Source of the DNA: Bacillota bacterium
Lineage (GTDB): Bacteria; Bacillota; SHA-98; UBA4971
Assembly: GCA_050261335.1 (NCBI GenBank)
Contig: JBLNDE010000009.1
Location: forward strand, 30,010-94,009
Length of the DNA: 64,000 nt
Direction: 5' to 3'
The translations under genes were made by a program, and so were the position numbers. The notes under the pieces were generated by a model, which did no database searches, was not told the origin of the DNA, and was given only the letters and a program-made list of their open reading frames with translations. Within the stretch, counting starts at the first letter, position 1. Every line of letters starts with the position of its first letter. This document shows positions 1 to 9,816 of this stretch, piece after piece.

Positions 1-27
1 GCATAGCCCGGAACCCCGGCGCGGGCC

Positions 28-588
28 GTGGTGGTTAGTGGTTCCAGTGGCCGGGAAGGCTATACTTGCGCATATTCATCCAGTTTCAGGGAAGGCAGGC
101 TGCAAGAGTTGGGACTCAAAGAACTCAGGCGCGAGATCGCCGGCCTCGCGAAGATAATGAATGCGCACGACATCGCCGAGATGGAGGTCTCCGTTGACGG
201 CGTTTCTGTCAGGCTGAGACGGGCGGGCGGCCCGGGCAGGTCTCAGGACGTCGCTGAGCCCGCGAGGCCCGGGAATTCGCTCCAGGCCGAGGTTGCGCCC
301 ATCGAGGCGGCGCCGCAGGCGAGGCCCGAGGTGACAGCCCGGGACAACCATATCACGATTCCCGCCCCAATGGTGGGCACATTCTACAGGGCGCCCGCGC
401 CCGACGCCGATCCCTATGTCGAGATCGGGGACGTGGTCTCCCCCGGGCAGGTGGTGTGTATCATCGAGGCCATGAAGATCATGAACGAGATACAGGCCGA
501 GGTGAGGGGCAAGGTCGTTGAGATCTTGGTAGACAACGCCGAGCCCGTGGAGTACGGCCAGCCCCTGTTCGTGCTCGAGGCGCTATAG
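28..588 (+). CDS. accB: Biotin carboxyl carrier protein of acetyl-CoA carboxylase. The start may be the in-frame TTG near 109.
   Basis: C-terminal biotinyl domain with EAMKIMNEI motif; immediately upstream of accC. Confidence 0.9.
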   Translation: MVVSGSSGREGYTCAYSSSFREGRLQELGLKELRREIAGLAKIMNAHDIAEMEVSVDGVSVRLRRAGGPGRSQDVAEPARPGNSLQAEVAPIEAAPQARPEVTARDNHITIPAPMVGTFYRAPAPDADPYVEIGDVVSPGQVVCIIEAMKIMNEIQAEVRGKVVEILVDNAEPVEYGQPLFVLEAL

Positions 589-643
589 GTTTTGGGCCCA
601 GGGTCGTCCCACTTCACGCTGGCTGCATCGCAGGAGGTACGGT

Positions 644-2011
644 GTGCAAGAACTCTCCATCAGGAAGGTCCTCGTGGCGAACAGGGGCGAGATCGCGGTC
701 CGCATCATAAGGGCGGCGAGGGAACTCGGGATCGAGACGGTCGCAGTGTATTCCGAAGCTGATCGGGATTCCCTTGCGGTCAGGATGGCCGACGAGGCTT
801 ATTGCATCGGCCCGGGGCCCAGCACCCAGAGCTATCTGAACGTGCCCAACATCATCAGCGCTGCTATGCTCTCAGGGGCGGATGCGATCCATCCGGGTTA
901 CGGGTTTCTGGCGGAGAACCCCTATTTCGCCGAGATATGTGAGTCTCACGACATCAAGTTCATAGGCCCGAGCGCGCGGGTCATGGGGGTCATGGGGGAC
1001 AAGGCCGAGGCCAAGCGGGCGATGGCGGCGGCCGGGCTTCCTGTCATACCCGGCACCCCCGGCGTGATACAGCACGAGAAAGAGGCGCTGGCGTTCGCCG
1101 AGGCGCACGGGTTTCCGGTGATGGTGAAGGCGGCCGCGGGCGGCGGCGGCAAAGGGATGCGCGCTGCGTCGAGCAGGCAGGAACTGGTGACCGCCATCAG
1201 GTTCGCGCAGGCCGAGGCGGAGGCCGCGTTCGGAGTGGCGGGAGTGTACCTCGAGAAGATCCTCGACCGCCCCAGGCACGTCGAGGTGCAGGTGCTCGCA
1301 GACGAGGACGGGCACGCGATTCATCTCGGCGAGCGCGACTGCTCGGTGCAGCGCAAGCACCAGAAGCTCGTCGAGGAGTCGCCTTCGCCCGCCGTGAACG
1401 AGCGTCTGCGACGATCCATCGGTGAGGCGGCGGTGCGGGGCGCCCTTGCCGTGGGTTACACCAACGCCGGCACGATGGAGTTCCTCGTCGATGCGTCCGG
1501 GGCGTTCTACTTCATGGAGATGAACACCAGGGTGCAGGTGGAACACCCGGTGACCGAGCTCGTCACGGGCATCGACATCGTGAAGGCGCAGTTCATGGTA
1601 GCGGCCGGCGAATCCATCGCCGTCACGCAACGCGACGTGGCGATCTCGGGCCATGCCATAGAGTGCAGGATCAACGCGGAGGATCCGTCCAGGAACTTCA
1701 TGCCTTCACCAGGTCGAGTCTCGTCGCTGGTGCTTCCGGGCGGCCCCGGGGTACGCGTTGATACCGCGCTTTTCCCGGGATGTGACGTGCCGCCGCACTA
1801 TGACTCGCTCATCGCGAAGGTCGTTGTGTGGGGCCGTGATCGCACCGAGGCCATCCGAAGGATGGCAAGGGCGCTTCAGGAGATCGAGATCGAGGGCGTT
1901 TGCAGCAACGTCGATTTCCAGCGTAAGCTCATAGGCAGTTCCCGGTTTCGCGACACGACGATCTATTGCAACGATGACGTTCTGGCTCTTGTCGCCGGGA
2001 GCGAGCCTTGA
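644..2011 (+). CDS. accC: Biotin carboxylase
   Basis: ATP-grasp biotin carboxylase sequence ([20 protein letters not shown]...); GTG start with AGGAGG RBS. Confidence 0.95.
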   Translation: MQELSIRKVLVANRGEIAVRIIRAARELGIETVAVYSEADRDSLAVRMADEAYCIGPGPSTQSYLNVPNIISAAMLSGADAIHPGYGFLAENPYFAEICESHDIKFIGPSARVMGVMGDKAEAKRAMAAAGLPVIPGTPGVIQHEKEALAFAEAHGFPVMVKAAAGGGGKGMRAASSRQELVTAIRFAQAEAEAAFGVAGVYLEKILDRPRHVEVQVLADEDGHAIHLGERDCSVQRKHQKLVEESPSPAVNERLRRSIGEAAVRGALAVGYTNAGTMEFLVDASGAFYFMEMNTRVQVEHPVTELVTGIDIVKAQFMVAAGESIAVTQRDVAISGHAIECRINAEDPSRNFMPSPGRVSSLVLPGGPGVRVDTALFPGCDVPPHYDSLIAKVVVWGRDRTEAIRRMARALQEIEIEGVCSNVDFQRKLIGSSRFRDTTIYCNDDVLALVAGSEP

Positions 2012-2012
2012 T

Positions 2013-2041
2013 TTGCCAAGGGTTACGCGGACTGGTATAAT
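2013..2041 (+). promoter_or_regulatory. sigma-A-type promoter, TTGCCA-17-TATAAT with TGn extended -10
   Basis: Exact hexamer spacing read directly; lies between accC stop and the asp23 gene. Confidence 0.5.
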
Positions 2042-2067
2042 ACAGCCGGAAGGAGGGCCAGGACGCC

Positions 2068-2484
2068 ATGCAGCCAGGAGATTTGGGCTATGATGACGCT
2101 CCTTCTCACGGGAACCACGAGAACATGGGCAACATCAAGATCGCCAGCGAGGTCGTGGGAGTGATCGCGGGCCTTGCTGCGACTGAAGTAGAGGGGATAG
2201 CCGGCATGAGCGGCGGCATCACCGGGGGCATCGCCGAGCTGCTCGGGCGCCGGAACCTGTCCAAGGGTGTCAAGGTCGAGGTCGGCGAGAAGGAGGCTGC
2301 CGTCGATCTGTTCGTGGTCGTGAACTACGGGGTGCGGATCCCTGACGTTGCCTGGAAGGTGCAGCAGAACGTGAAGAGGGCCATCGAGAGCATGACCGGG
2401 CGCGAGGTTGTGGAGGTCAACGTCCACGTACAGGGTGTGAGCTTCCCACACGAGGAGAAGCAGGAGGCCCCAAGGGTGCGTTGA
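2068..2484 (+). CDS. Asp23/Gls24 family alkaline-shock protein
   Basis: IASEVVGVIAGLAATEVEGIAGM... typical Asp23 fold; conserved position after accC. Confidence 0.85.
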   Translation: MQPGDLGYDDAPSHGNHENMGNIKIASEVVGVIAGLAATEVEGIAGMSGGITGGIAELLGRRNLSKGVKVEVGEKEAAVDLFVVVNYGVRIPDVAWKVQQNVKRAIESMTGREVVEVNVHVQGVSFPHEEKQEAPRVR

Positions 2485-2537
2485 CCGGCGACGTATTCCA
2501 GCCAGGAAGGTGGAAGGTGAAAGGAGCAACCTTCACG

Positions 2538-3083
2538 ATGAGAGTCTACGATCGGGTCGTCACGTTCATTTCCTCCCTTGCTCTGCTCGGGGCGGGCATG
2601 CTGTTCCTCGTGATGGCATTCGGCCCCAACCCCACCAGGCTCTTCACCGATGTCTTCCTGACCGGGCCTTTCGGGAGCCTGCGCCCGGCTACCATCGGCG
2701 GCGCCGCCGCGGCGGTGGCGATGGGGCTCTATCTCATGTGGCTCGCCACCCGCGGGCGCGGGCGGCGAAGGCCGATCGTCCGGGGGACAAGCCTCGGCGA
2801 GGTGAGGATCGCGCAGGCTGCGGTTGAGTCGCTGGTGCGCCGGGCGGCAAGGGAAGTCCCGGGCATCCAGGACGTTGACACAGTGGTGGATACCTCCGGC
2901 GAAGAGCTGGAGATATACGTGTCGGTGACGGTCAGCCCGGACATGTCCATTCCGTCGGTCGCCGAGCAGATCCAGACGAAACTTGCCCGTTATATCGGCG
3001 ACACCGTCGGGGTGGACGTGTCCAGAGTGTCCGTGAACGTCAGGAACATCGGCCACGAGCAGAAAACCCCCAGAGTGGTGTAG
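2538..3083 (+). CDS. Membrane-anchored Asp23-domain protein (AmaP-like). The ORF extends to 2481; the ATG at 2538 has a strong RBS.
   Basis: N-terminal TM helix then Asp23-like domain; AAAGGAG RBS. Confidence 0.6.
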   Translation: MRVYDRVVTFISSLALLGAGMLFLVMAFGPNPTRLFTDVFLTGPFGSLRPATIGGAAAAVAMGLYLMWLATRGRGRRRPIVRGTSLGEVRIAQAAVESLVRRAAREVPGIQDVDTVVDTSGEELEIYVSVTVSPDMSIPSVAEQIQTKLARYIGDTVGVDVSRVSVNVRNIGHEQKTPRVV

Positions 3084-3103
3084 CCGGAAAAGGGGGCAGG
3101 TCC

Positions 3104-3334
3104 ATGAGGCCCGAGGTGCGGGAGATACTTCGCATAGCCCTCGAACACCCGGGGAAGGTGTTCGGGTCGATATTCGGGTTCATCGTCGGATGGGTGATGA
3201 TCCTCTTCAGCCCGATTGCCGGGCTCTACCTTGCTGGTTGCGTTGCCGTGGGCTACCTCATCGGCCGCCACGTCGACAGCCACAGGAGCATCAGGGAGGT
3301 CCTGGAAGACTTCCTTCCTCCTCAAGAACGCTAA
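3104..3334 (+). CDS. Small integral membrane protein (DUF2273-like)
   Basis: 76 aa, two TM helices; usual partner of Asp23/AmaP genes. Confidence 0.5.
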   Translation: MRPEVREILRIALEHPGKVFGSIFGFIVGWVMILFSPIAGLYLAGCVAVGYLIGRHVDSHRSIREVLEDFLPPQER

Positions 3335-3343
3335 GGGCGGCGC

Positions 3344-3790
3344 GTGTCGCGCGAGGTGAGAGGTTTGACGAGAAGAGATGCGCGCGAAGCCGCGTTCGTG
3401 GCGCTCTTCCAGATCGATGTGGGCCGGGCCGCGATGGAGTCAGCGATTCAGACCGCCACCAGGGGCAGGCGGATCGACGAGCGGAGCCTCGAGTACCTCC
3501 GCAAGGCCGTGCTTGGGGTCACAGGACGTCGAGACGAGATCGACGGAACCATATCGAAGCTGGCGATCGGGTGGTCACTCGACCGGATGGGTGCGGTTGA
3601 CCGCAACCTCCTGCGCCTTGCCGTGTACGAGATCCTGCATTCCGGGGACATACCCGCAGGTGTCGCGATCAATGAGGCTGTGGCCCTGGCGAAGAAATTC
3701 GGCGACGAGGAGTCCGGCAAGTTCGTCAACGGCATACTCGGCAAGCTCGCGAGGGACATGGCAGTGGACGCTGACGGTGCCCGTGAGTAG
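3344..3790 (+). CDS. nusB: Transcription antitermination factor NusB
   Basis: NusB family sequence; conserved synteny; GTG start. Confidence 0.9.
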   Translation: MSREVRGLTRRDAREAAFVALFQIDVGRAAMESAIQTATRGRRIDERSLEYLRKAVLGVTGRRDEIDGTISKLAIGWSLDRMGAVDRNLLRLAVYEILHSGDIPAGVAINEAVALAKKFGDEESGKFVNGILGKLARDMAVDADGARE

Positions 3791-3861
3791 CCCGCCCCGG
3801 GTGGTGGCCCGCCTCAGGTATCCGGCCTTTGCCGGCACGACCCCTGTTTGAAGGTGCTGCA

Positions 3862-5100
3862 ATGCTTACCATCTACTCGGTCTCCGACGTCGCAAGGCGC
3901 ATAAAGCAGGTCATCGAGGGCGATGAGTCCCTCTCCGGGCTCTGGGTGCGCGGGGAGATCTCGAACTTCACTCTCCATACTTCAGGACACATGTACTTCA
4001 GTCTCAAGGATGCCTCCGCCAGGCTGAAATGCGTGATGTTTCGCGGGAATAACATGTATCTCAAGTTCAAGCCGGCGGACGGGATGCTCGTGTTCGCGTA
4101 CGGCGCGGTGGGTGTATACGAAAAGGGCGGGGACGTGCAGTTGTACGTGGAGGACTTGATGCCTGCCGGCACCGGATCGCTGTACCTCGCGTTTCTGCAA
4201 CTCCGCGACAGGCTGGCGACGGAGGGCCTGCTCGACGCTGCGAGGAAGAGATCCCTGCCGAGGTTCCCGTCGGTGGTGGGCGTTGTGACCTCGCCCACCG
4301 GGGCCGCAGTGCGCGACATCATCACGGTGATAAGCCGCAGGGCCCCCGGCACGACGATCCTTCTCATACCCGCGCAGGTCCAGGGGGACGATGCGCCCGA
4401 AAGCATCGTGAAGGCGCTTGACCTCGTGAACCGCGCCTCGGCCTTCATCGACGTGGTCATCGTCGGCAGGGGCGGCGGGTCAATAGAGGACCTCTGGGCG
4501 TTCAACGATGAGAGGGTCGCGCGGGCCATCGCCGGGTGCAAGGTCCCGGTGATATCCGCTGTGGGACACGAGACGGACTTCACCATCGCCGACTTCGTTG
4601 CCGACCGCAGGGCTCCGACCCCGTCAGCCGGTGCGGAGATGGCCGTGCCTGACATGGCGGAGACGAGGCGGGCCGTTCTTCAGCTTTCGCTCCGGCTCGA
4701 GGCGGCGGCGAGGACGGAGGTCCGCAGGCACAGGGAGCGCCTGGAGCGCGTCGCCCGGTCCCACGTGTTCAGGTTTCCCCAGGAGATAACGAGGGAGCAC
4801 CGTCAGAGGCTCGCCGACGCGCAGCAGAGGATGTCGGCGGCCATGACGCATAAGCTATCCGGGGAGCGCGGGGCGTTCGGGGCGCTCGCTGCCCGACTCG
4901 ATGTCTTGAGTCCGCTGGGGACCCTCGCGCGCGGCTATGGGATGGTCCGAGGGCTTCCCGGCAGGCGCGTGGTGCGCACCGTGCGGGCTGTTGCGCCTGG
5001 GGATGACATAGAGGTGGTCCTCGTTGACGGGAGGATCGAGTGCGCCGTGACGGCGGTCGAGGAGGGAGGCCCCGATGCAGGGAGAGGACGCGAAGATTGA
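3862..5100 (+). CDS. xseA: Exodeoxyribonuclease VII large subunit
   Basis: [10 protein letters not shown]...GEISNF OB-fold N-terminus; ATG at 3862 with GAAGGTG RBS (ORF extends to 3829). Confidence 0.9.
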   Translation: MLTIYSVSDVARRIKQVIEGDESLSGLWVRGEISNFTLHTSGHMYFSLKDASARLKCVMFRGNNMYLKFKPADGMLVFAYGAVGVYEKGGDVQLYVEDLMPAGTGSLYLAFLQLRDRLATEGLLDAARKRSLPRFPSVVGVVTSPTGAAVRDIITVISRRAPGTTILLIPAQVQGDDAPESIVKALDLVNRASAFIDVVIVGRGGGSIEDLWAFNDERVARAIAGCKVPVISAVGHETDFTIADFVADRRAPTPSAGAEMAVPDMAETRRAVLQLSLRLEAAARTEVRRHRERLERVARSHVFRFPQEITREHRQRLADAQQRMSAAMTHKLSGERGAFGALAARLDVLSPLGTLARGYGMVRGLPGRRVVRTVRAVAPGDDIEVVLVDGRIECAVTAVEEGGPDAGRGRED

Positions 5101-5323
5101 CTTCGAGAAGGCCATGGAGGAGCTGGAGGAGACGGTCTCGCGGCTCGAGGCCGGCGAGCTTGGACTCGAGGAGTCGCTGGAGGCGTTTGAGAGGGGCATG
5201 GCGCTCGTAAGAGTGTGCCGCAACAAGCTGGACGAGGCGGAAACGAAAATCGCGAAGCTGGTGGAGACGAAAGGCGGAGATCTCGTCACCGAGCCGTTTC
5301 ACCTCGAGGAAGACGCCGGATGA
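5075..5323 (+). CDS. xseB: Exodeoxyribonuclease VII small subunit
   Basis: 82 aa coiled-coil protein overlapping xseA end. Confidence 0.85.
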   Translation: MQGEDAKIDFEKAMEELEETVSRLEAGELGLEESLEAFERGMALVRVCRNKLDEAETKIAKLVETKGGDLVTEPFHLEEDAG

Positions 5324-6339
5324 ACGATGACTGGGCGGGCAGGCTGAGAATCCTCGTGGATGGTGCCCTCGATGCTGCGCTTCCACCGGAGACCGCCACG
5401 CCCGAGGCGCTCCACAGGGCGATGAGGTACGCCGTCTTCCCTGGCGGGAAGCGCGTGCGACCGCTTCTCGCGCTGGCCGGTGCCCTCGCGACCGGGCGCA
5501 GGCGCCGCCGTGTGACCGGGGCCACGGGATGCGATAGCGACGACGAGACGCTCGTGCGGCGCGCGATGCCGTGTGCGGTCGCGGTGGAGCTTGTGCACTC
5601 GTACTCGCTCATCCACGACGACCTTCCCGCCATGGACGACGACGATTTCAGACGGGGCCGGCCCACCGTGCACAGGGCTTTCGGTGAGGCGCTCGCGATC
5701 CTTGCGGGCGACGCGTTGTTGCCGCTTGCCTTCGAGGTGCTTTCCGGCGAAGGAGCGTGCCGCCTCATGGGGTCCGAGGCGGCCTCGGCCGCCATGCGCG
5801 AGCTTGCACACGCTGCCGGAAGCCTCGGGATGGCGGGTGGGCAGGCCATGGACGTGGTAGGCGCTCAAGGCGTGGAAACGACTCATCCCGGGACCGCCGA
5901 TGGCGGCCGTCGTCGCGGCAGCCACCGCCGGGGCGAGGGCAACGGCGAGCGCAGCGGCAGGGCCGGCACCAGTGATGGCGGCGGGGGCGGCGGCGGGTGT
6001 CCTGGCGGGGTTGAACTCCTCGCCGACCTCAAGACCGGAGCGCTCATCCGGGCGTCAGCAAGGTGCGGCGCCATTGCGGCGGGGGCCGGGCCGCAGGAGA
6101 TCGGCGCCCTCACGCGCTACGCGGAACTCTTCGGCCGCGCCTTCCAGGTGTTCGACGATCTCAAGGACATGGCGGATGACGGGTCCCGGACGTTTCCACG
6201 AGCCATGGGAGCCACCGGCGCGCGGCGCTACGGCGAACGCCTCGTGGCCGAGGCTCTGGAGGCACTCTCTGCGTTTGCTCCGGACGAGGCCGCGGAGCTA
6301 TCGGATCTCGCCAGAGCGCTCGGCGCGCCCGTTGCTTGA
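5320..6339 (+). CDS. ispA: Polyprenyl (farnesyl/geranyl) diphosphate synthase carrying an unusual Gly/Arg-rich internal insertion
   Basis: Two DDxxD motifs (LIHDDLPAMDDDD; FQVFDDLKD); ATG overlaps xseB stop (ATGA); the upstream part of the ORF, 5215-5319, is discounted. Confidence 0.85.
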   Translation: MNDDWAGRLRILVDGALDAALPPETATPEALHRAMRYAVFPGGKRVRPLLALAGALATGRRRRRVTGATGCDSDDETLVRRAMPCAVAVELVHSYSLIHDDLPAMDDDDFRRGRPTVHRAFGEALAILAGDALLPLAFEVLSGEGACRLMGSEAASAAMRELAHAAGSLGMAGGQAMDVVGAQGVETTHPGTADGGRRRGSHRRGEGNGERSGRAGTSDGGGGGGGCPGGVELLADLKTGALIRASARCGAIAAGAGPQEIGALTRYAELFGRAFQVFDDLKDMADDGSRTFPRAMGATGARRYGERLVAEALEALSAFAPDEAAELSDLARALGAPVA

Positions 6340-6364
6340 TGGCAAGGGGTGCCTGTGTTATAAT
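6336..6364 (+). promoter_or_regulatory. Promoter TTGATG-17-TGTTATAAT (extended -10) driving the non-coding gene
   Basis: Read directly downstream of the ispA stop. Confidence 0.45.
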
Positions 6365-6370
6365 CATGTG

Positions 6371-6985
6371 TGCCAGGGCAGGTGGTGCAGTATTCTAGTC
6401 AGCACCACCATCTTTGAAGGCGGGCCTAAAAATCCGTCAAGGGCACATCGATGAAGTCCCTGGTGCTGGCCGCCGACGCCCAGTCGGGGGCTGGTGCTGG
6501 GGGTTAAGAGGCGAGGGCGATCTGCAATGGCATGCGGGCGTGGACCCTCTCCTCGCGGAGACCCGACCCCGTGGTGAGACGACACCGATCGGCTGCCACG
6601 GCCGGGGGGTAAACCTGCACCTAGGTGCGGGCAGGTGCGAGACACACCGCGCTTGGTGCAGTGTAGCCTGCCTTGAGTGGCGGGAGCGGGATTGCGGGTA
6701 CCAGGGCGCTCGTCTCCTGGCCGGGAGATGCGCTCGTTGCCGCATGAAACTCCAACTGCAAAAGAGGCTAGAAGATGGTGGGTGCTGCCGAGGAAAACTC
6801 CTAGACTGTCCGAATATGTGGGGCACTCCGGGGATTGCAGTGTGCGCTAAGTGGTAATCCGGCCGTCCGAAGGGGCAACCCCGGGAGGCGGTCGTAAACG
6901 GGAAACCGCCCGAGCGGCAACGCGAGGGAGCACCGCAGGGAAAACCAGCCGGACCTCAAGCCACAATATTTACCCGGGATGCCAC
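6371..6985 (+). ncRNA. ole: Candidate OLE (ornate, large, extremophilic) RNA
   Basis: ~600 nt GC-rich stretch with no coding potential. It has its own promoter and many local hairpins. It lies between ispA and a ~22 kDa membrane protein followed by dxs, which is the canonical ole-oapA locus. Confidence 0.5.
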
Positions 6986-7011
6986 CACCTGCCTGGGACG
7001 TTCTTGAGGTG

Positions 7012-7671
7012 ATGCCTTTCTTGGACCAACGTCTCGCAAGAGCTGTGTCCGTTGGTTTCACAACGTTCTTACTTGCAATACTGGTGAACTTCGTGTCCAA
7101 GATACTCCTGGGTCGCGTCGGGCTGGTTCTTGGACTTTTTGTTCTGTTGGGTATAGTCTTCATCGGGGTTGCGTTCGACGTCATCGGGACCGCTTCGACC
7201 GCCGCGAAAAGACAGCCGTTCCATGCGATGGCCGCGAAGAGGGTTTACGGCGCCCGGCAGGCCCTCCGGATCGTGCGATCCGCCGACCGCGTGGCGAACT
7301 TCTGCAACGACGTGGTGGGCGACATGGCGGGCACCGTGAGTGGAGCGATCGGAGCCAGCATAGTCATACGATTGATGATGGTCATGCCTCCTCGCGTCAG
7401 CGAGACTGTGGTGAGCACCATCGTCGTAGGGATCATCGCGGGCCTCACCGTCGGGGGCAAGGCCTGGAGCAAGAACATGGCCGTGAACGACGCCGAGCGG
7501 ATCGTGCTCGCTGCCGGCAAGATCATAGCCGGGATCGAGTCGGTCACAGGGGTGACGTTCCTTCGTCACAAGAGGTCGAACCACCGCAAGCGTGGCCGAC
7601 CGAGGGAGAGCCCGTGTAGACAAGACCGGAACCGGAAACGGAGCGATAACGAGAGTGGTACGACTCCTTGA
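7012..7671 (+). CDS. oapA: OLE-associated membrane protein OapA-like (ORF extends to 6979)
   Basis: 4-5 TM helices, ~219 aa, GAGGTG RBS; position between the non-coding gene and dxs. Confidence 0.5.
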   Translation: MPFLDQRLARAVSVGFTTFLLAILVNFVSKILLGRVGLVLGLFVLLGIVFIGVAFDVIGTASTAAKRQPFHAMAAKRVYGARQALRIVRSADRVANFCNDVVGDMAGTVSGAIGASIVIRLMMVMPPRVSETVVSTIVVGIIAGLTVGGKAWSKNMAVNDAERIVLAAGKIIAGIESVTGVTFLRHKRSNHRKRGRPRESPCRQDRNRKRSDNESGTTP

Positions 7672-9643
7672 CTCGCTGAACCTTCCCCAGGATTTGAAAC
7701 GGCTCTCGCTGAACGATCTGGCCCAGCTTGCGTCGGAGATTCGTGGTGAGATCATACAGACGGTGTCCAGGACCGGCGGCCACCTCGCACCGAGCCTCGG
7801 GGCGGTGGACCTCGCCATCGCCCTGCATACGGTGCTGGACAGCCCAAGGGACAAGATCATCTGGGATGTCGGGCACCAGGCTTACGCCCACAAGCTCCTT
7901 ACCGGGCGCAGGTCCGCCTTTAACACCCTCAGGCAGTTCGGAGGCATCAGCGGGTTTCCCCGGCGTGACGAAAGCCCCCATGATGCGTTCAACACGGGGC
8001 ACTCGAGCACGTCCATCTCGGCGGCGCTCGGCATGGCCAGGGCCAGGGACCTCAAGGCGGAGGACTTTGCAGTCGTCGCGGTCATCGGCGACGGCTCGCT
8101 CACCGGGGGCATGGCCTTCGAGGCCCTGAACCATGCAGGACACCTGAAGACGGACCTCATCGTGGTGCTCAACGACAATGAGATGTCCATATCCCCGAAC
8201 GTGGGTGCGCTCGCGTCGTACCTTGCCAGGTTACGGACGGAACCACGCCTCCTGAAACTGCGCCAGGACATAGAACGCGTCCTCGAGGGCATTCCGCGCA
8301 TCGGCAAGGACCTCGCGGAGAGTGTGAGGAGGCTCAAGGGAAGCCTCAAGTACCTGGTCGTGCCGGGGATGCTGTTCGAGAGCCTCGGATTCACGTACCT
8401 CGGGCCGCTCGACGGGCACGACATCCCTTCCATCATGCGGACGGTCGAGGACGCGCGGGCCAAGGGCGGGCCCGTGCTCATCCATGTCATCACGAAGAAA
8501 GGCCGCGGCTACGCTCCCGCGGAAGCCGACCCGCGCAAGTTCCATGGAGTGGGCAGGTTCGACGTGGCTTCGGGGGAGCTATCCAGGTCGCAGGGGCCTC
8601 CCACCTGCACGCAGGTGTTCGGGGAGACCATCGCCAGGCTAGCTGCGAGCGATCCGAGGATCGTCGCAATAACCGCGGCGATGCCCGACGGCACCGGCCT
8701 GGATCTCTTCGGACGGCTCTACCCTGAGCGATTCTTCGACGTTGGCATAGCCGAGCAGCATGCGGTGACCCTCGCGGCCGGGCTCGCAAGCCAGGGCCTT
8801 GTGCCGGTCGCGGCGATCTACTCCACTTTTCTCCAGAGAGCGTACGACCAGATCATCCATGACGTGGCCCTGCAGGGGCTTCACGTGGTATTCGCAGTGG
8901 ACAGGGCAGGGCTCGTGGGAGAGGACGGCCCCACCCACCATGGAGCGTTCGACCTCGCCTACCTGCGCAGCGTGCCTGGCATGACCGTGATGGCGCCGGC
9001 CGACGAGGAGGAACTCGTGGCGATGCTCTCTTCTGCCATTGCCATGGACGGGCCTGTCGCGGTGCGATACCCGAGGTCACAGGGATGGGGCCAGGCCGCC
9101 CTGCGACCGTGCAGTCCGATCGAGCGCGGCAGAGGGGTTCTTGTCCGCGACGGAGGCGACGTGGCCATCGTCGCCATCGGAAGCATGGTCCACCCATCCA
9201 TCGAGGCTGCGGGGCATCTCGAGCGGGAGGGGATACACGCCGCCGTGGTCAATGCGAGGTTCGCAAAACCCCTCGATGATGGCCTCATTTCACAGGTGGC
9301 GGAGGAATGCGGCCGGTTGGTGGTGGTGGAGGAGGGGACCTGCGTCGGCGGTCTCGGGAGCGCGGTGACCGAGGTGCTCGCCCGCCGGGGCGGTGCGTCC
9401 ATTCCGATTCGTCACCTTGCGCTGCAGGACAGGTTTGTGGAACACGGGTCCCGCGAGGTGCTTCTGGCCATGTGCGGGCTCACTGCGCACGACATCGCGA
9501 GGGCCGCGACAGATCTCTGCAGAGGCTCCGGGCGCGCGGCGCGGCGGCGCAGGGATTCCTCTCGAACGGGCCAGGATGACATGGCGGCGGCGGGCGCGGA
9601 GGCAACCAAGTATGGCGCCATGAGTCTTCGCCACTTTTCTTGA
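7655..9643 (+). CDS. dxs: 1-deoxy-D-xylulose-5-phosphate synthase. The C-terminal ~15 aa and the stop codon are encoded by a repeat element.
   Basis: Transketolase-like TPP enzyme (GDGSLTGGMAFEALNHAG...); GTG at 7655 in frame; ORF extends to 7592. Confidence 0.9.
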   Translation: MVRLLDSLNLPQDLKRLSLNDLAQLASEIRGEIIQTVSRTGGHLAPSLGAVDLAIALHTVLDSPRDKIIWDVGHQAYAHKLLTGRRSAFNTLRQFGGISGFPRRDESPHDAFNTGHSSTSISAALGMARARDLKAEDFAVVAVIGDGSLTGGMAFEALNHAGHLKTDLIVVLNDNEMSISPNVGALASYLARLRTEPRLLKLRQDIERVLEGIPRIGKDLAESVRRLKGSLKYLVVPGMLFESLGFTYLGPLDGHDIPSIMRTVEDARAKGGPVLIHVITKKGRGYAPAEADPRKFHGVGRFDVASGELSRSQGPPTCTQVFGETIARLAASDPRIVAITAAMPDGTGLDLFGRLYPERFFDVGIAEQHAVTLAAGLASQGLVPVAAIYSTFLQRAYDQIIHDVALQGLHVVFAVDRAGLVGEDGPTHHGAFDLAYLRSVPGMTVMAPADEEELVAMLSSAIAMDGPVAVRYPRSQGWGQAALRPCSPIERGRGVLVRDGGDVAIVAIGSMVHPSIEAAGHLEREGIHAAVVNARFAKPLDDGLISQVAEECGRLVVVEEGTCVGGLGSAVTEVLARRGGASIPIRHLALQDRFVEHGSREVLLAMCGLTAHDIARAATDLCRGSGRAARRRRDSSRTGQDDMAAAGAEATKYGAMSLRHFS

Positions 9644-9816
9644 GGGTGCTGGGGTCGCCGGTGCTTGCCAGGGCGGGGCGCCTGGGATTTGGCTGGCCCG
9701 TGCGCCGAATTCGAACGAGGCGCGCCGCGAGCGCGCCGTCCCCGGAGTGCAACACCGCCAACACTGGACAAGACCCGCCCGCTGAAAAGAGCGCGAACTT
9801 GTGGCGATCTACTTAG
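9606..9816 (+). repeat. MITE-like dispersed repeat, copy A (full length)
   Basis: CCAAGTATGGCGCCA...GTGGCGATCTACTTAG termini and GTTGCCGGTG...GCAACACCGGCAAC internal inverted repeat; >85% identical to the copies at 40954 and 52638. Confidence 0.8.

Noticed and set aside
872-1654. 260-aa minus-strand ORF antisense to accC. Similar long antisense ORFs lie at 10835-11821, 21079-22494, 25200-26453, 35307-36558, 39929-40969, 41339-42757 and 54591-55949.
   Set aside because: Each lies wholly inside a well-supported plus-strand gene. Their translations are Arg/Pro/Gly-rich with no domain signatures. They are typical open antisense frames of a ~67% GC genome.
5215-5319. N-terminal 35-aa extension of the ispA ORF (MPQQAGRGGNENRE...)
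   Set aside because: It overlaps xseB in another frame. The ATG at 5320 overlaps the xseB stop (ATGA coupling) and matches the usual IspA N-terminus.
6371-6985. RNase P RNA, tmRNA, SRP RNA, or a T-box/cobalamin riboswitch as identity of the large non-coding region
   Set aside because: I looked for GGAAAGUCCGG / ACAGAAnCCGGCUUA (RNase P), a tag-peptide reading frame plus tRNA-like 3' end (tmRNA), the GGAAGGAAGCAGC SRP domain IV, and the AGGGUGGNACCGCG T-box. None is present. Length and the ispA/dxs synteny fit OLE RNA instead.
9412-9771. Minus-strand ORFs 9412-9771, 17629-17889 and 52356-52829, and the N-terminal part of ORF 41063, giving similar peptides (…WRKLMAPYL / …WRHTW…)
   Set aside because: All are translations of the dispersed repeat element in its various copies. 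They are not protein-coding genes.
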